This document shows, in pieces, positions 1 to 11,290 of a stretch of 64,000 nt of DNA. Each line of letters opens with the position of its first letter. Within the stretch, counting starts at the first letter, position 1. Source of the stretch: Methanomassiliicoccaceae archaeon (GTDB lineage Archaea; Thermoplasmatota; Thermoplasmata; Methanomassiliicoccales; Methanomassiliicoccaceae); assembly GCA_040776945.1 (NCBI GenBank), contig JAXGZN010000002.1, positions 512,001 to 576,000 on the forward strand, written 5' to 3'. The notes below the pieces were generated by a model. That model made no database searches and was not told the DNA's origin. It worked only from the letters and a program-made list of their open reading frames with translations. Made by a program: the position numbers and the translations under genes.

Positions 1-1261
1 CGATGAAGGGGACAGCATCCTCGACATCAGACCAGTGGTGTTGGAGCTATCGGACAAGGACTCGTTTCCCACGACCGACATGGGTCTGCGACTGGAAGAG
101 GGCATGTCCGTTGAGACCTGCGTAAGGGTCGACCTCGATCCCAGGTCACCCATCAGCTGCGAGCAGTTCCTGGTGGTGGCCGGTGCGGGCAGGATCGATA
201 TCACGGACCGCACCGCCACCTACGTGGGCAACTCGAAGCGCATGGACGTGACGCTCGTGCCGGAGCACATTGAGGTGCGGGAGGATGGAGACGTCACCGT
301 CCGCAACCAAGGCGTCTTCACCGGCCGCATTTACTTCTACCGCAAGCGACGCCAACTGTCATTGGCGCATAATCATGTAGGTAGGGTGATCGCCGGTCAT
401 GAGCTGGTAAGGCTCGCGCCTCTAAGTTCGCACATTACGATCATCTCCAATCCTTCCCGGATCATGACCATCGGAATGACCCAGAAGGACGCCCAAAACT
501 TCCTGGAAGCAAGAGGGCTCAAGCAAAAGAGGACCGGCCTGCTGGACGATACCGCGCTGGTGGGCGAACAGGAGCCCGAACTCACCATGGATATAAAAGA
601 TGGCATGGAAGTGGAGACATTCGGCGTCCTGCCGAAGAAAGTATCCGTCTGGGAGTTCGATGACGTGCGCGCGCCCCGGACCGTGCACTATCTGCGCAAG
701 ATGACCGGTCTGGACCACAAGCCCATCGGGACGATGAAGGTTTTCTTCACTTATCCTGAAATGCCCATGATAACCTTCGTTGGCAATGCCAAGGAGGCTT
801 CCGTGCTGCTGCCTGAGAACCCCTTTGAGAAAGATTCCCCAAGAGGACAGGTCGGCATAACCAACATGTCCCGGCCGAACCGCGGGACCATTGGGATCCG
901 GCTTGATGGCAGCTCGGAGTTCGGTCCGACCGGCGAGGAGAGATATGGGACCAACGTGGTGGGGACGGTGCTCTCGGACCTCGAGACCCTCATGAAGGAC
1001 ATCCAGGACGGGGATATCATCTATCTTCGAGAGCGCCGGCCGGGGGAAGAGTTCAAGCCCCAGGCGGCCGAGGCTCCCAAGAAGCAGGAACTGTCCTTGG
1101 ACGAGATATCGGATATCGCACGCCAGGCCGAGTTCATGGAGCACGCACCTCCAGCGAGCCCGTTCCTGGGCGGGTCATTGCCGGCCAATGAGCGTAAAAC
1201 CTCCGTAAAGGACGAGAAGAAGGGGGGAAGGCCACGAGCGAAGAGATCGAAACAAGAATGA
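1..1261 (+). CDS. mmp3: Methanogenesis marker protein 3 (5'-truncated by window edge)
   Basis: Cyclophilin-like motifs (VGITNMSRPNRGTIGIRL..SSEFGPTGE, APRTVHYLRKMTGL); first gene of the marker operon; frame open to the window start. Confidence 0.85.
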   Translation, partial: DEGDSILDIRPVVLELSDKDSFPTTDMGLRLEEGMSVETCVRVDLDPRSPISCEQFLVVAGAGRIDITDRTATYVGNSKRMDVTLVPEHIEVREDGDVTVRNQGVFTGRIYFYRKRRQLSLAHNHVGRVIAGHELVRLAPLSSHITIISNPSRIMTIGMTQKDAQNFLEARGLKQKRTGLLDDTALVGEQEPELTMDIKDGMEVETFGVLPKKVSVWEFDDVRAPRTVHYLRKMTGLDHKPIGTMKVFFTYPEMPMITFVGNAKEASVLLPENPFEKDSPRGQVGITNMSRPNRGTIGIRLDGSSEFGPTGEERYGTNVVGTVLSDLETLMKDIQDGDIIYLRERRPGEEFKPQAAEAPKKQELSLDEISDIARQAEFMEHAPPASPFLGGSLPANERKTSVKDEKKGGRPRAKRSKQE

Positions 1262-1659
1262 TAGTCATCGCGCCCAGCTCGGAGCTGACGCCGGACCAGA
1301 TCGCCCGGTTCATCCATTCGCTGGGCCTAGAGCTTAATGTAAAGGAAACATGCTACGGCGCCAACATTGAAGGGCCACGGGATATCGTGCGCAAGGCGCT
1401 CAGCGAGGTCCGCAAGCTTGACCCCAACAGGATATTCTCCAAGATCAGGGCCTTCCCCATTGGCGACGAGAGGAGGTGCCGAGCCCACCATGGCTCCCGC
1501 CCGGGGTTCAACCAGGTGGAGAAAGAGTGGAGAGACCTCTCCATGATAGACGTGGCCCTGTGCGCAGCGGACCTAGGGGAAATATGCGAGCTTCCTCCCA
1601 GACCCAAGCAATTGCCGGTGAAGCGGCTCAAGGAAATAGCAGACGAGGTGTCGAAATGA
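1258..1659 (+). CDS. mmp6: Methanogenesis marker protein 6
   Basis: VKETCYGA, FPIGDERRCRA..GSRPGFNQ motifs; ATGA overlap with mmp3. Confidence 0.85.
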   Translation: MIVIAPSSELTPDQIARFIHSLGLELNVKETCYGANIEGPRDIVRKALSEVRKLDPNRIFSKIRAFPIGDERRCRAHHGSRPGFNQVEKEWRDLSMIDVALCAADLGEICELPPRPKQLPVKRLKEIADEVSK

Positions 1660-2087
1660 AGGTGTTCATGATCCCGCCCAACAGCCTTATCCTATACGAT
1701 CTGGTCGAACGCTTCGGCCACCAACCTCTCTCCCTGATGGGCGAGCTGCGCGACCATGTGGTGGAGCCGGAGGTGGAGTCCCCGCCCTTGAACCTTTCTC
1801 AGGACGACATCATGAGGGGGTTGAAGTACGCAGGGATAGAGGTCCCCTCCGGCATCCGGGGCCGCCTTGCCATCTGGGGCCCGATGGTCGATGAGGCGGA
1901 GGCGGCCATCATAATGCATGATATGCCCTACACCTTCGGCTGCGTGGGATGCCACCGTACCAACCTGATGCTCACCTACATGGTCAGGCGGAAGGGCATC
2001 CCGACGCTCGAGGTGCACTATCCTCATGATGACAATGAGGCCAAGGTCATGGTCTCCAAGATCAAGGCCTTCCTGGAGGGACTGTAA
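1656..2087 (+). CDS. mmp5: Methanogenesis marker protein 5
   Basis: Start at [13 protein letters not shown] (ATGA overlap); [16 protein letters not shown] and [10 protein letters not shown] motifs. Confidence 0.85.
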   Translation: MKVFMIPPNSLILYDLVERFGHQPLSLMGELRDHVVEPEVESPPLNLSQDDIMRGLKYAGIEVPSGIRGRLAIWGPMVDEAEAAIIMHDMPYTFGCVGCHRTNLMLTYMVRRKGIPTLEVHYPHDDNEAKVMVSKIKAFLEGL

Positions 2088-2088
2088 T

Positions 2089-3321
2089 ATGGCCATCAAG
2101 ATCGCACAGCTGTCCTGCGGGACGGAGTATTCTGGAATACAATCTGAGATCGACCACGCCGCCGACACCGTCGGAGGCAAGATGGTCTATCCGGACGTCG
2201 CGTTCGATGACATCAACCGCTCGGTCGAGGAGTTCGGCTTCGACCCCGCCTCTCCCCAGCTCCGCCTGATGATCGCTCGCGCCAAGGCGCTCGCCGACGG
2301 GCACTACGACGCGGACGCGGTGTTCATCGCCACCTGCTTCCGATGCGCGGAGGCGGCCCTGGTCAGGAACGAGGTTCGGAGGTACATACAGGACCACACC
2401 AAGCTGCCTGTGGTCACCTACTCGTTCACTGAGCGCCTGAAGGCCGCCCAATTGCTCACCCGCATGGAAGCCCTGGTCACCATAGTGGAGAAGAAGGAGC
2501 TTCTCGCCAGGGAACGCCAGGTAGGTCTTACCGCGGGCATCGATTCCGGGTCCTCGACCACCAAGGCCATGATCATGCGCGACAACGAGATCATCGGCAA
2601 GTATTGGACCCCCACCGGACCGGTTCTGGAGACCGGACTGGAGGTTTTCGAAAAGGCTCTGGAGGATGCGGGGGTGAAGCAGAGCGAACTGGAAGGCATC
2701 GGTGTCACCGGCTACGGGCGTTTCCTTATCGGCAAGAAGCTCGAGGCCAAGCTGGTGCAGGAGGAGCTGACGGTCAATAGCAAGGGTGCGGTCTGGCTCG
2801 CTGACCGGCAGAAGGGAGAGGCCACCATCATCGACATCGGAGGGATGGACAACAAGGCCATCACCGTGCGCGACGGCATCCCTGACAACTTCACCATGGG
2901 CGGCATCTGCGCCGGCGCGTCCGGCCGGTTCTTGGAAATGGTGACCAAGCGCCTTAGGGTCCCCATCGAGGACCTCGGCGCCCTCGCCGATAAGGGTGAC
3001 TGGCGAAAGGTGAACATGAACTCCTACTGCTCCGTCTTCGGCATCCAGGACCTGGTCACGTCGCTTGCAGCAGGCAACACCATCGAGGATGTCGCCGCGG
3101 CTGCCTGCCACTCCGTGGCCGAGCAGGTCTACATGCAGCAGCTGCAGGAGATCGACGTCCGCCAGCCGGTCATACAGGTGGGGGGAACGAGCCTGATCAG
3201 CGGACTGGTGCACGCGGTCGGAGAGATGGTCGGGTCTGCGCCCATCATACCAAAGAACTCCCAATTCATCGGAGCGGCCGGGGCGGCCCTGCTGGCCTCC
3301 GGCTTCCTCGAGGGGCTTTGA
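2089..3321 (+). CDS. mmp15: Methanogenesis marker protein 15 (BadF/BadG/BcrA/BcrD ATPase activase family)
   Basis: [52 protein letters not shown]. Confidence 0.9.
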   Translation: MAIKIAQLSCGTEYSGIQSEIDHAADTVGGKMVYPDVAFDDINRSVEEFGFDPASPQLRLMIARAKALADGHYDADAVFIATCFRCAEAALVRNEVRRYIQDHTKLPVVTYSFTERLKAAQLLTRMEALVTIVEKKELLARERQVGLTAGIDSGSSTTKAMIMRDNEIIGKYWTPTGPVLETGLEVFEKALEDAGVKQSELEGIGVTGYGRFLIGKKLEAKLVQEELTVNSKGAVWLADRQKGEATIIDIGGMDNKAITVRDGIPDNFTMGGICAGASGRFLEMVTKRLRVPIEDLGALADKGDWRKVNMNSYCSVFGIQDLVTSLAAGNTIEDVAAAACHSVAEQVYMQQLQEIDVRQPVIQVGGTSLISGLVHAVGEMVGSAPIIPKNSQFIGAAGAALLASGFLEGL

Positions 3322-3887
3322 TGACCCTGACCGACGAGAGATTCGCTTACGAGAACTTCGAGTCGATCTTCCGACAGACGCTCCAGGACCTGGGCATCTC
3401 CAGGAGCGTGCTCGGTTTCAGGATAATCGCCAATCCTGGAGCCCCCTATTTCCTGATCTCCATCAGATTGGGACGGGCACGATCGGCCATTAAGGTATCG
3501 GACATGTCCCAGCTCAATCCGCACGCCGGCGGTACGGCCTTGACCATCATTGATGAGGGTTGGGCGCCTGCCTTGCTGAACAAGCTATGGCAGCGGTACG
3601 GACGCGATCGGGTGGAACAGATGACGAGGTTCGAGATGCTGGTCCGGGGAGTGAGCGTGGATGAGCTGTCGAACTTGGAACTTGACCCCGGAGAGGAGCT
3701 GAAGGCCAAGGTCCTGGACGCCGTCTGGAGGCTCTTCCCGGAGGGCTTCACCGTGCGCTACGAGATAGTGGACGAAAGGGCCATGACCATAATCGGCACG
3801 GAGCATGACATGAGGCCGGAATGGATCGATGTCGCGAGGATGGTACATAAGGAGATGAGCGCCAGGGAGGCAGATCCAGATGTATGA
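3318..3887 (+). CDS. mmp17: Methanogenesis marker protein 17
   Basis: Operon position; [12 protein letters not shown] and FPEGFTVR motifs. Confidence 0.75.
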   Translation: MMTLTDERFAYENFESIFRQTLQDLGISRSVLGFRIIANPGAPYFLISIRLGRARSAIKVSDMSQLNPHAGGTALTIIDEGWAPALLNKLWQRYGRDRVEQMTRFEMLVRGVSVDELSNLELDPGEELKAKVLDAVWRLFPEGFTVRYEIVDERAMTIIGTEHDMRPEWIDVARMVHKEMSAREADPDV

Positions 3888-4812
3888 GGTGCTGATGTAT
3901 GACGGCGGCGTCTACCGCGTGAACGAGCTCTATGAGCTGGTCGAGGACGTCGGAGGGTTCGTCATCCAGAAGACCCAGATCCAGGTCCAGATACTGGTGA
4001 CGATGGCCATACCGGAGGAGGAGCGCCCGGTCATAGAGGCTAAGACCCGGGAGCTTGGCGGCAAGATCGTGCACGTACCGCTCGCCGGGACCGAGGTCGC
4101 GGTCGTCGCACCTACGCTGGGGCGTCATCATATGCCCCATCCAACCTGCGACATCGCCGAACAGCTGCGCAGGCTCGGAGCGATCACTGTTGTCATGGGC
4201 CTCGCTCGAGGGAAAGGACGAAGGACCTCCCAGATCAGCGCCGATGAGAAGGCGATCATCGAGGAGTACGATGCGGCCGTGTTCGTTCTGGGCAACTTCA
4301 AGGATTGCATCCTGGAGCACAAGGTCAAGCTGTTCGAGGAGATCGAGATCCCGGTGGTCGTGGTGTGCGGACCGCAGATGGACGACTTGCCGCACTGCGA
4401 GGCCATCGTATGCGGTGTCGGCCGAAAGGTCGAGAGGATGCGCAGAGAGGAGGAGATCGCCCGGCTGAACGAAGTATCGGTCGCCATCGAGAAGGTGGTC
4501 AAGGAAAGGCGCCGCTTCCTGGAGGAGGACCCCTTGTTCGTCCATCCCGCAGAGGTCAAGGACCGCATCGCCGAGCTCGAGCCGGTCGAGCGCAGCCTGC
4601 GGCCTGCGCCTGTGGTCCTGCACTTGGACGGCCTCAGGGTGAAGATCCCCTATAAAGAGTGGAAGGACCAGATCGCCGCGGTCGAGGTGTACGGGCACCG
4701 GCTGGGGGACATCGCAACGATATCCGACTCCCGTCTCGGGGGCAGCACCCTCATAAAGATCAAGACCCGCTCCGAGGTAGAGGACCACGACCGCCGCGCG
4801 AAAAAGGGATGA
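3880..4812 (+). CDS. mmp7: Methanogenesis marker protein 7
   Basis: YDGGVYR..EL.ELVEDVGG, PTLGRHHMPHPTCDIAE, GLARGKGR. Confidence 0.85.
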   Translation: MYEVLMYDGGVYRVNELYELVEDVGGFVIQKTQIQVQILVTMAIPEEERPVIEAKTRELGGKIVHVPLAGTEVAVVAPTLGRHHMPHPTCDIAEQLRRLGAITVVMGLARGKGRRTSQISADEKAIIEEYDAAVFVLGNFKDCILEHKVKLFEEIEIPVVVVCGPQMDDLPHCEAIVCGVGRKVERMRREEEIARLNEVSVAIEKVVKERRRFLEEDPLFVHPAEVKDRIAELEPVERSLRPAPVVLHLDGLRVKIPYKEWKDQIAAVEVYGHRLGDIATISDSRLGGSTLIKIKTRSEVEDHDRRAKKG

Positions 4813-4816
4813 GCGT

Positions 4817-5251
4817 ACGAGCGCGCCCGGAGCGTACATACTTCTCTTCCGCCTTTCCGCACGAACGGTGGCCATCGGCCGGCTTGGGACCTATGGTCTC
4901 GAGGAAGGTCGCTACGCCTACGTCGGCTCGGCCATGAACGGTCTTCGAGCAAGGACCGCACGCCACTTAGAGGCCCGCGGAAAGAAGAGGTGGCACATCG
5001 ACCACCTTATGGGCGAGGCGGAGGAGAAGGAGGCGCTCCTAGTGCCGTCGGACGTGGACATCGAGTGTGCGCTGGCCGATCGCCTGAGGTCGATGCCGGG
5101 AACCATCGAGCCGATACCTGGCTTCGGAAGCTCGGACTGCCGCTGCAGTTCACACCTGTTCCTCATAGACGATGCCGCTTACCAGGAGCTCACGCGGCGC
5201 AGCAGGCCTTCGCCGTTCCCAAATTCGAGGTTGCTCCCACCAGATTGGTAG
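4817..5251 (+). CDS. DUF123 / Uri-superfamily GIY-YIG endonuclease (start uncertain)
   Basis: GAYILL...YAYVGSA...RWHIDHL...FGSSDCRCSSHL; the conserved N-terminus lies upstream of the ORF-track GTG at 4868. Confidence 0.75.
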   Translation, partial: TSAPGAYILLFRLSARTVAIGRLGTYGLEEGRYAYVGSAMNGLRARTARHLEARGKKRWHIDHLMGEAEEKEALLVPSDVDIECALADRLRSMPGTIEPIPGFGSSDCRCSSHLFLIDDAAYQELTRRSRPSPFPNSRLLPPDW

Positions 5252-5673
5252 GTCCAGAACGTTTTTGTATGATGAACATCTAAATAGATAATGCTCAGAG
5301 GCGGAAGGCGCATCAGAGCGGCTCGAGGATACCGTGTCCGTTAAACTACGGTCATAGGTCCATCAAGGTCCATTCACGTTCGAAAGACCGTACATGGGTC
5401 CGAGCTTCGAAAGAAGCAACAAGGACAAATGTCCATCCAACAAAGGACGTATCCTGATAAGGATCGTTCTGGAGGGAATGGCGCTCATCAGGACCGAGCG
5501 AGGTGATTGCCAGGTGCCTGATGGGACCGCTGCGAATGCGCCCGCAATCTCTGGGCCATTTCGATATCTTCTGATGTCTGGAGACGGTCTTAACAGCCCC
5601 CGGCGGGGCATAGGGTTCTTATATTCCAATGCGACTATCTGGTCAAGATTTCGTAACGCCCAGAGGGTATTAA

Positions 5674-7269
5674 ATGGAAGCTGTCGCCGATACTTCTGAG
5701 AAGTCACAGAAACCCTATGTGAAGAAGCTCAAGGACGCCATCGGAGCGGAGAACGTTAAGACCAGTGAGATGGAGAGGTTGCTATACAGCCACGACTCCA
5801 CTGGCCTCCCTAAGGAGATCGACATCGGGTTCAAGGTGATCCCCGACGTGGTGGTACGACCCTCCTCCACTCAGGACGTTCAGAAGATCGTAAAGATCGC
5901 GGCCGATGCGGGCGTGCCCATCACTCCGAGGGGCGCGGCCACCGGATACGTAGCGGCAGGCGTTCCCGCCGCCGGAGGCATATCCCTCGACATGGTGGCC
6001 CGCATGAGCAAGGTCCTCAACATCGATGAGGAGAACATGACCATCACCTGCCAGGCCGGTGCCTCGTGGGGAACTGTCTACGATGCCGCTTGGGAAAAGG
6101 GGTTCCTTCTCGGGGCCTATCCCAGCAGCTTCCCCAACGCCTCCGTGGCCGGATGGATCGCCATGAACGGAGTGGGGATGGGCAACTACAAGTACGGATC
6201 GGCGGGCGACAACATTCGCAATATGGTGGTCGTCCTCCCTAACGGGACGATCATCAACACCGGTTTCGACTCATTGGCCGACAACATGACCGGCTATAAC
6301 CTCAACCGATTGTTCGTGGGTACGGAAGGGACCTTGGGCGTCATAACCGAGGTCACTCTGAAGCTTTACCCGAAGCCCGAGGTGTTCCGCCCCCTCGCCT
6401 ATTCGTTCGAGAGCCTGGACAAGGTGGGCGCGCCCTTGAAGGACCTGACTCGAAGCAAGGTCACGCCTCTGCACGTGGCCTGGTCCGACGGCAACCACTT
6501 CAAGTACCTGCGCAAGATGGGACACGACGCCCCCGAGGTCGGCTGCCTCTGGCTCGTGACGCTTGAAGGCGACAAGGCCATGGTCGAGTACGAGGAAAAG
6601 GTGATCGACGAGATCGTTGCCAAGCACGGCGGCAAGAAGGAGAGCTACGAGCTCGCCCAGCACGAATGGGACGAGCGCTGCTATGAGTACCGGACCTCCA
6701 TGCTTGGGCTCGGGACCTCGGCCTCTGAGATCCTGATACCGGTGGGTACCTATGCGGACGCGGTCAATGGCCTCTACGACCTCATGAGGACCATGAAGAT
6801 GGAGGGAGCGCTCATCGGGGTCCTGGTCGACCGGAACTCGGCAATGATCATGCCTTATTACCTCTTCGACAAGGAGTCCCTGGTCAAATCGATGACCTCA
6901 TTATCGTTCGCCTATAAGGCCGGTGACGTGGCCAAGGCGCTGGGGGGAAGGCTGATGGGCGGCTTCGGGCTGTTCATGAGCTCTCAGCTCAAGCCTCTTC
7001 GAGGCGAAGGCTATGAGGTCCAAAAGGCCATCAAGGAGGCCCTTGACCCGAAGGAGATAATGAATCCCGGCAAGCTGTTGGGAATGGAGACCCGCTTCAA
7101 GCTGCCTGTCGGCGCGGGGTTGTTCGGCTTCGGCATGGGCGCGATGTCCGTCGCCAAGAAGATATTGCCCAAGGACAAGATGATCGATGAAAAGGCCAAG
7201 GACCTCCACATCGAAGAACTGGACAAGGAGAGGTTCGAGCAGCACAAGAACGATCCCCTCAAGAAGTAA
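5674..7269 (+). CDS. FAD-binding oxidoreductase (GlcD / D-lactate dehydrogenase-like)
   Basis: PDVVVRP..TQDV, TPRGAATG, GYNLNRLFVGTEGTLGVITE, DPKEIMNPGK. Confidence 0.85.
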   Translation: MEAVADTSEKSQKPYVKKLKDAIGAENVKTSEMERLLYSHDSTGLPKEIDIGFKVIPDVVVRPSSTQDVQKIVKIAADAGVPITPRGAATGYVAAGVPAAGGISLDMVARMSKVLNIDEENMTITCQAGASWGTVYDAAWEKGFLLGAYPSSFPNASVAGWIAMNGVGMGNYKYGSAGDNIRNMVVVLPNGTIINTGFDSLADNMTGYNLNRLFVGTEGTLGVITEVTLKLYPKPEVFRPLAYSFESLDKVGAPLKDLTRSKVTPLHVAWSDGNHFKYLRKMGHDAPEVGCLWLVTLEGDKAMVEYEEKVIDEIVAKHGGKKESYELAQHEWDERCYEYRTSMLGLGTSASEILIPVGTYADAVNGLYDLMRTMKMEGALIGVLVDRNSAMIMPYYLFDKESLVKSMTSLSFAYKAGDVAKALGGRLMGGFGLFMSSQLKPLRGEGYEVQKAIKEALDPKEIMNPGKLLGMETRFKLPVGAGLFGFGMGAMSVAKKILPKDKMIDEKAKDLHIEELDKERFEQHKNDPLKK

Positions 7270-7314
7270 GCTCCAAACCGTTTTCCTAAAACCATTCTTT
7301 CGTTCTTTCCTTCC

Positions 7315-7330
7315 GAGGGCTTTCGCCCTC
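7315..7330. terminator. Short hairpin in a T-rich tract after the FAD oxidoreductase
   Basis: GAGGGC-TTTC-GCCCTC preceded by pyrimidine-rich runs. Confidence 0.35.
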
Positions 7331-7979
7331 AAGTTCTAATTTTCCAAATGGTTGCCTAGACCGTTCACCAGCGGGCCTAGAGATCCCTCAATCATCCCGC
7401 AACGCATGGTAAGCAGGCCTCCCTCAGCGTTCGTTCAAGGCTCCTTCCATGCGTCGGACCGAAGCGAGAGCAAACTTTCCGTTCATCGGCCTTATCTCCC
7501 AGGTAGGCGCGTTGGGACCTCGAGTTGAATGGTCTCAACACACGGGCAGAGGTGAAAGGATCTCAACTCAAGAAGTCCTTTCCCATACACGACGCCAGAA
7601 AGGAATGTGCAAAGGCGTTACGGTCCGGACAGGGACCTTATCGTTCAGACCTCAACGGCAAGGTCCGTCTCGTCCAGGACAGTGCCGCCAAGCGGACAAT
7701 ATGGTCTCCATATGCGGCCTTTACGAGGGACGGCATCGATACTGTGCGGAGACTCGCAGAACATGACAGGATGCGAACGTTTGGGGGGCCTTCTAAGGCT
7801 GGATCTCGCCTGCGGTCACAATTGCCTCCCTGCTCCAAACGCTCTCTTTTCTGGAAGATCCGATATGGCTCTTGGACCTCCGGTCACGGGAGCCGGCCCA
7901 TGTGTCTTTCCCAACGCCGCTCTCCATTTAATGATAAGGTCCCCCGCCCATCAATGGTAAGGGACCCGTTAGGGAACGA

Positions 7980-10511
7980 TCACTTCCCGTATTTCCTTTT
8001 CACCTCTGGAGTGTACCTCCTCAGCAGCGCTGCGTTGCTGACCACCGATACCGAGCTCATGGCCATCGCCGCGGCGGCCACGATGGGATTGAGCAGCAGT
8101 CCAAAGAACGGATACAGCACCCCTGCGGCAATGGGGATGCCTGCGGAATTGTAACCGAGCGCCCAGAACAGGTTCTGGCGTATCTTGGTCAACGTCCTCT
8201 TGGAGAGCTGGATGGCGGCCACCGCATCGAGCAGGTCGCTTCGGATCAGAACTATGTCCCCGGTCTCCATGGCCACATCGGTACCGCTGCCTATGGCGAT
8301 GCCTACGTCCGCCTGCGCCAGAGCCGGCGCGTCGTTCACTCCGTCCCCTATCATGGCCACCCGTCTGCCCTCGGCCTGCAGCCTGGCAACTTCCTGTGCC
8401 TTGTTCTCCGGCAGGACTTCGGCGATGTAGCGGTCGATGCCCACCTGGGAGGCGATGACCTTTGCTGTCCGGGGGTTGTCCCCGGTCAGCATGAGCACAT
8501 CGATCCCCATCTCCTTTAGCTCGGAGACCGCCTCCTTGGACGTCTCCTTCACCACATCGGCAACGCCTATTATGCCTATGAGAGCGGGGCCCGAGGACAC
8601 CAGCATTGCGGTGCGGCCCTCCTCCTCCATGCGCTGCAGGTCGGTCTCCGCTACGGACATGGATATCCCGTTGGAATCCATCATCCTCCTGTTTCCTATG
8701 AGAACTGTCCGCCCGTCGACAACTGCCCTCACTCCCTGCCCGGGAACGGCCTCGAAGCTATCAGCATCAGGGACCGATACGCCGTCTCTCATGGCCCGGC
8801 GGACGATGGCCTCGGCCAGAGGATGCTCGGAGCTCTTCTCCACCGCGGCGGCGGTTCTCAGGACATCGGCCTCGGTGCCATCCAGGACCAAGATGTTGGT
8901 GACCTCCGGTTCTCCTTTGGTGATAGTGCCGGTCTTGTCCATGATCACCAACTGGACCTTGCCTGTGTTCTCCAGGGCCTCAGCGCTCTTGAACAGTATG
9001 CCGTTCTCGGCCCCCTTCCCTGAGCCGACCATGATTGCCGTCGGCGTGGCCAGGCCAAGCGCACAGGGACACGATATCACCAGGACAGAGATGAAAATGA
9101 TCAGTGAGAACACGAACCCCTCGTCCCCTCCCACGAGAACCCCGTAAGCGTAGAGATACCAGATGAAGAACGCCACTGTGGCGATGACTATGACCGCCGG
9201 CACGAACCATGCCGACACACTGTCGGCATACCTCTGTATGGGGGCCTTCGATGATTGGGCATCCTCCACCAGTCTGATTATCTGCGCCAAAGCGGTGTCC
9301 TTTCCCACCTTGGTGGCTCGGACCTTGAGGACCCCGTTCTTGTTGATGGAACCGCCGACCACAGGTGATCCCGAGGTCTTGTCGATCGGTATGGACTCAC
9401 CGGTGATCATGCTCTCGTCGACCGCGGAACTGCCATCCTCCACCGTTCCATCGGTAGCGATCTTCTCCCCAGGGCGAACGATGAACAGATCATCGACCTT
9501 CAGGAGCTCGACCGGGACCTCTATCTCGGCCCCGTCCCTGACGACCCTGGCGGTCCGGGCCTGTAGTCCCACTAGCTTGCGTATGGCCTGAGACGTCCGC
9601 CCCTTGGCCTTGGCCTCAAGGTATTTGCCGAACAATATCAGGGAGATGATCATGGCCGAGCTGTCGAAGTAGGTGTGATGATGGAAAGGTATCAGCGATG
9701 GGAAGAACACCACGGCCACTGAATAGAAGTACGCGGCCGATGAACCCATTGCGATCAAGGTATCCATGTTCGCGCGGCGGTTCTTCAGAGCGTAATAGGT
9801 GCCCAGGTAGAACTGGAAGCCTGCTATGAACTGAACCGGGGTGGCCATTATGAACAGCAGGAGGTTCTCGAACCCGGATATGCCCAGCGCCGCCCCCCAG
9901 CCGAAGAAGTCGAACCCGATCATGAGGACCATTATCGGAACGCTCAAGGCAAGGGAGAACACAAGAAGGGTCAACTGTCTCTTCTGTTCCTTCTCTCTTT
10001 CCGCCATCTCTGTGTCCAGAGTCTCGGACTCCAGCACCTCGTAGCCCGCGTTCACGATGGCGGCCTTAATCGCTTCGAGGGTCACCATCTCCGGGTTGAA
10101 TCGAACCATGGCCTTCTCCGTGGCCAGATTGACACTGGCGGAGAGGACGCCTTCCATTGCGGTCAATACATCCTCTATTATGCCGGCGCAGGAGGCGCAG
10201 ACCATGCCTTTGATCCCCAACGTGACCTGGTCCACCGCTACGTCGTAGCCTGCCTTCTGGACGGCGGCGGCGATCTTCGATGGATCGACCAGCGAAGGAT
10301 CGTATACCACCCGGGCCTTCTCAGTTGCCAGGTTGACCGGGGCCTCTATCACCCCTGGCAATTTCCCGATGGCATCCTCGACGGTACCAGCGCAGGATGC
10401 GCAGGTCATCCCGGTAACTCCCAATGTTATCGTCTTCGTCGTTCCCGGACCAGGCTTCGGGGGCGGCAAAGGGCAGACCTCATCATTGCACGGCTCGTTC
10501 ACGCCAAGCAA
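7980..10511 (-). CDS. copA: Copper-translocating P1B-type ATPase
   Basis: Two HMA domains (GMTCASC, GMVCASC), TGES, CPC, DKTGT, SEHPL, GDGVND, YN and MAMSS motifs. Confidence 0.95.
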   Translation of the reverse strand: MLGVNEPCNDEVCPLPPPKPGPGTTKTITLGVTGMTCASCAGTVEDAIGKLPGVIEAPVNLATEKARVVYDPSLVDPSKIAAAVQKAGYDVAVDQVTLGIKGMVCASCAGIIEDVLTAMEGVLSASVNLATEKAMVRFNPEMVTLEAIKAAIVNAGYEVLESETLDTEMAEREKEQKRQLTLLVFSLALSVPIMVLMIGFDFFGWGAALGISGFENLLLFIMATPVQFIAGFQFYLGTYYALKNRRANMDTLIAMGSSAAYFYSVAVVFFPSLIPFHHHTYFDSSAMIISLILFGKYLEAKAKGRTSQAIRKLVGLQARTARVVRDGAEIEVPVELLKVDDLFIVRPGEKIATDGTVEDGSSAVDESMITGESIPIDKTSGSPVVGGSINKNGVLKVRATKVGKDTALAQIIRLVEDAQSSKAPIQRYADSVSAWFVPAVIVIATVAFFIWYLYAYGVLVGGDEGFVFSLIIFISVLVISCPCALGLATPTAIMVGSGKGAENGILFKSAEALENTGKVQLVIMDKTGTITKGEPEVTNILVLDGTEADVLRTAAAVEKSSEHPLAEAIVRRAMRDGVSVPDADSFEAVPGQGVRAVVDGRTVLIGNRRMMDSNGISMSVAETDLQRMEEEGRTAMLVSSGPALIGIIGVADVVKETSKEAVSELKEMGIDVLMLTGDNPRTAKVIASQVGIDRYIAEVLPENKAQEVARLQAEGRRVAMIGDGVNDAPALAQADVGIAIGSGTDVAMETGDIVLIRSDLLDAVAAIQLSKRTLTKIRQNLFWALGYNSAGIPIAAGVLYPFFGLLLNPIVAAAAMAMSSVSVVSNAALLRRYTPEVKRKYGK

Positions 10512-10643
10512 TTGACCTAGCCTTTCAATTAACTTTGCCCCGATAAAAAGGAGAGTCGGGTCCCTTTACGAACGTAAGGTCGAGGCGGGCCGCCCCTCTC
10601 CGAATGGGAAGTAATTTTAACATAGCGTTCCAAAGGATAGAGC

Positions 10644-11234
10644 ATGATGGGATTGGATGAGAACGATTTGAACATCCTCAACGTTCTCCAGACCAATGGT
10701 CGACTATCCTATCGGCAGATATCCGAGAGGATCAGGATATCTGTTCCCACGGTGAGCAGCAAGATCGGCAACCTAGAGCGGATAGGCATCATCAGCGGTT
10801 ATCACGCCCGACTCGACCCTGAGAGGATGGGCGAGTTCAGCGCCATGGTGACGGTGAAGGCCCGCCCCTCGGAGCTGCCTGTGGTCATACGCCATTTTAA
10901 AAGTGATGACCAGGTGCGGCAGGTGTTCCTGCTGACCGGCGGTCGCCTTCTCCTCATATGCACATACGTGGATGTGCGAGCGCTGAACGAGTTTGCCTCC
11001 AAGCTAGCTTTGATCCCTGAGATATTGGACTATGACGTTGCTAACGTGATAGGCGTGGCCAAGGAGCTGCACAGAGCGGTCGTGGCCTCTGGGGCATCGC
11101 CGACCGCCAAGTGTGCCAATTGCGGGATCGAGATACGAGGGGGTGCCCTCCGCCTTAAGAAGGGTTCCTTGGTCCATCATCTATGTTCCGAAGGCTGCCT
11201 CGCCGCTTTCCGCGGCCGTCTGGGTAAATTATGA
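10644..11234 (+). CDS. Lrp/AsnC-type HTH regulator with C-terminal TRASH domain (CopR/CopT-like)
   Basis: LDENDLNILNVLQTNGRLSYRQI wHTH; CANCG...HHLCSEGC TRASH motif; divergent from copA. Confidence 0.85.
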   Translation: MMGLDENDLNILNVLQTNGRLSYRQISERIRISVPTVSSKIGNLERIGIISGYHARLDPERMGEFSAMVTVKARPSELPVVIRHFKSDDQVRQVFLLTGGRLLLICTYVDVRALNEFASKLALIPEILDYDVANVIGVAKELHRAVVASGASPTAKCANCGIEIRGGALRLKKGSLVHHLCSEGCLAAFRGRLGKL

Positions 11235-11290
11235 TGAGATGGGCCGCGGCCGGTTGGAGCAGCCCTATCATCAACACATGGTCAGATCGT

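Noticed and set aside
1-4812. Methanogenesis marker operon as the novel system
   Set aside because: This is a well-known conserved cluster linked to MCR activation, with ordinary gene order.
7449-8154. ORFs in the gap between the FAD oxidoreductase and copA
   Set aside because: No recognisable motifs or SD, and the longest runs antisense into copA; likely spurious.
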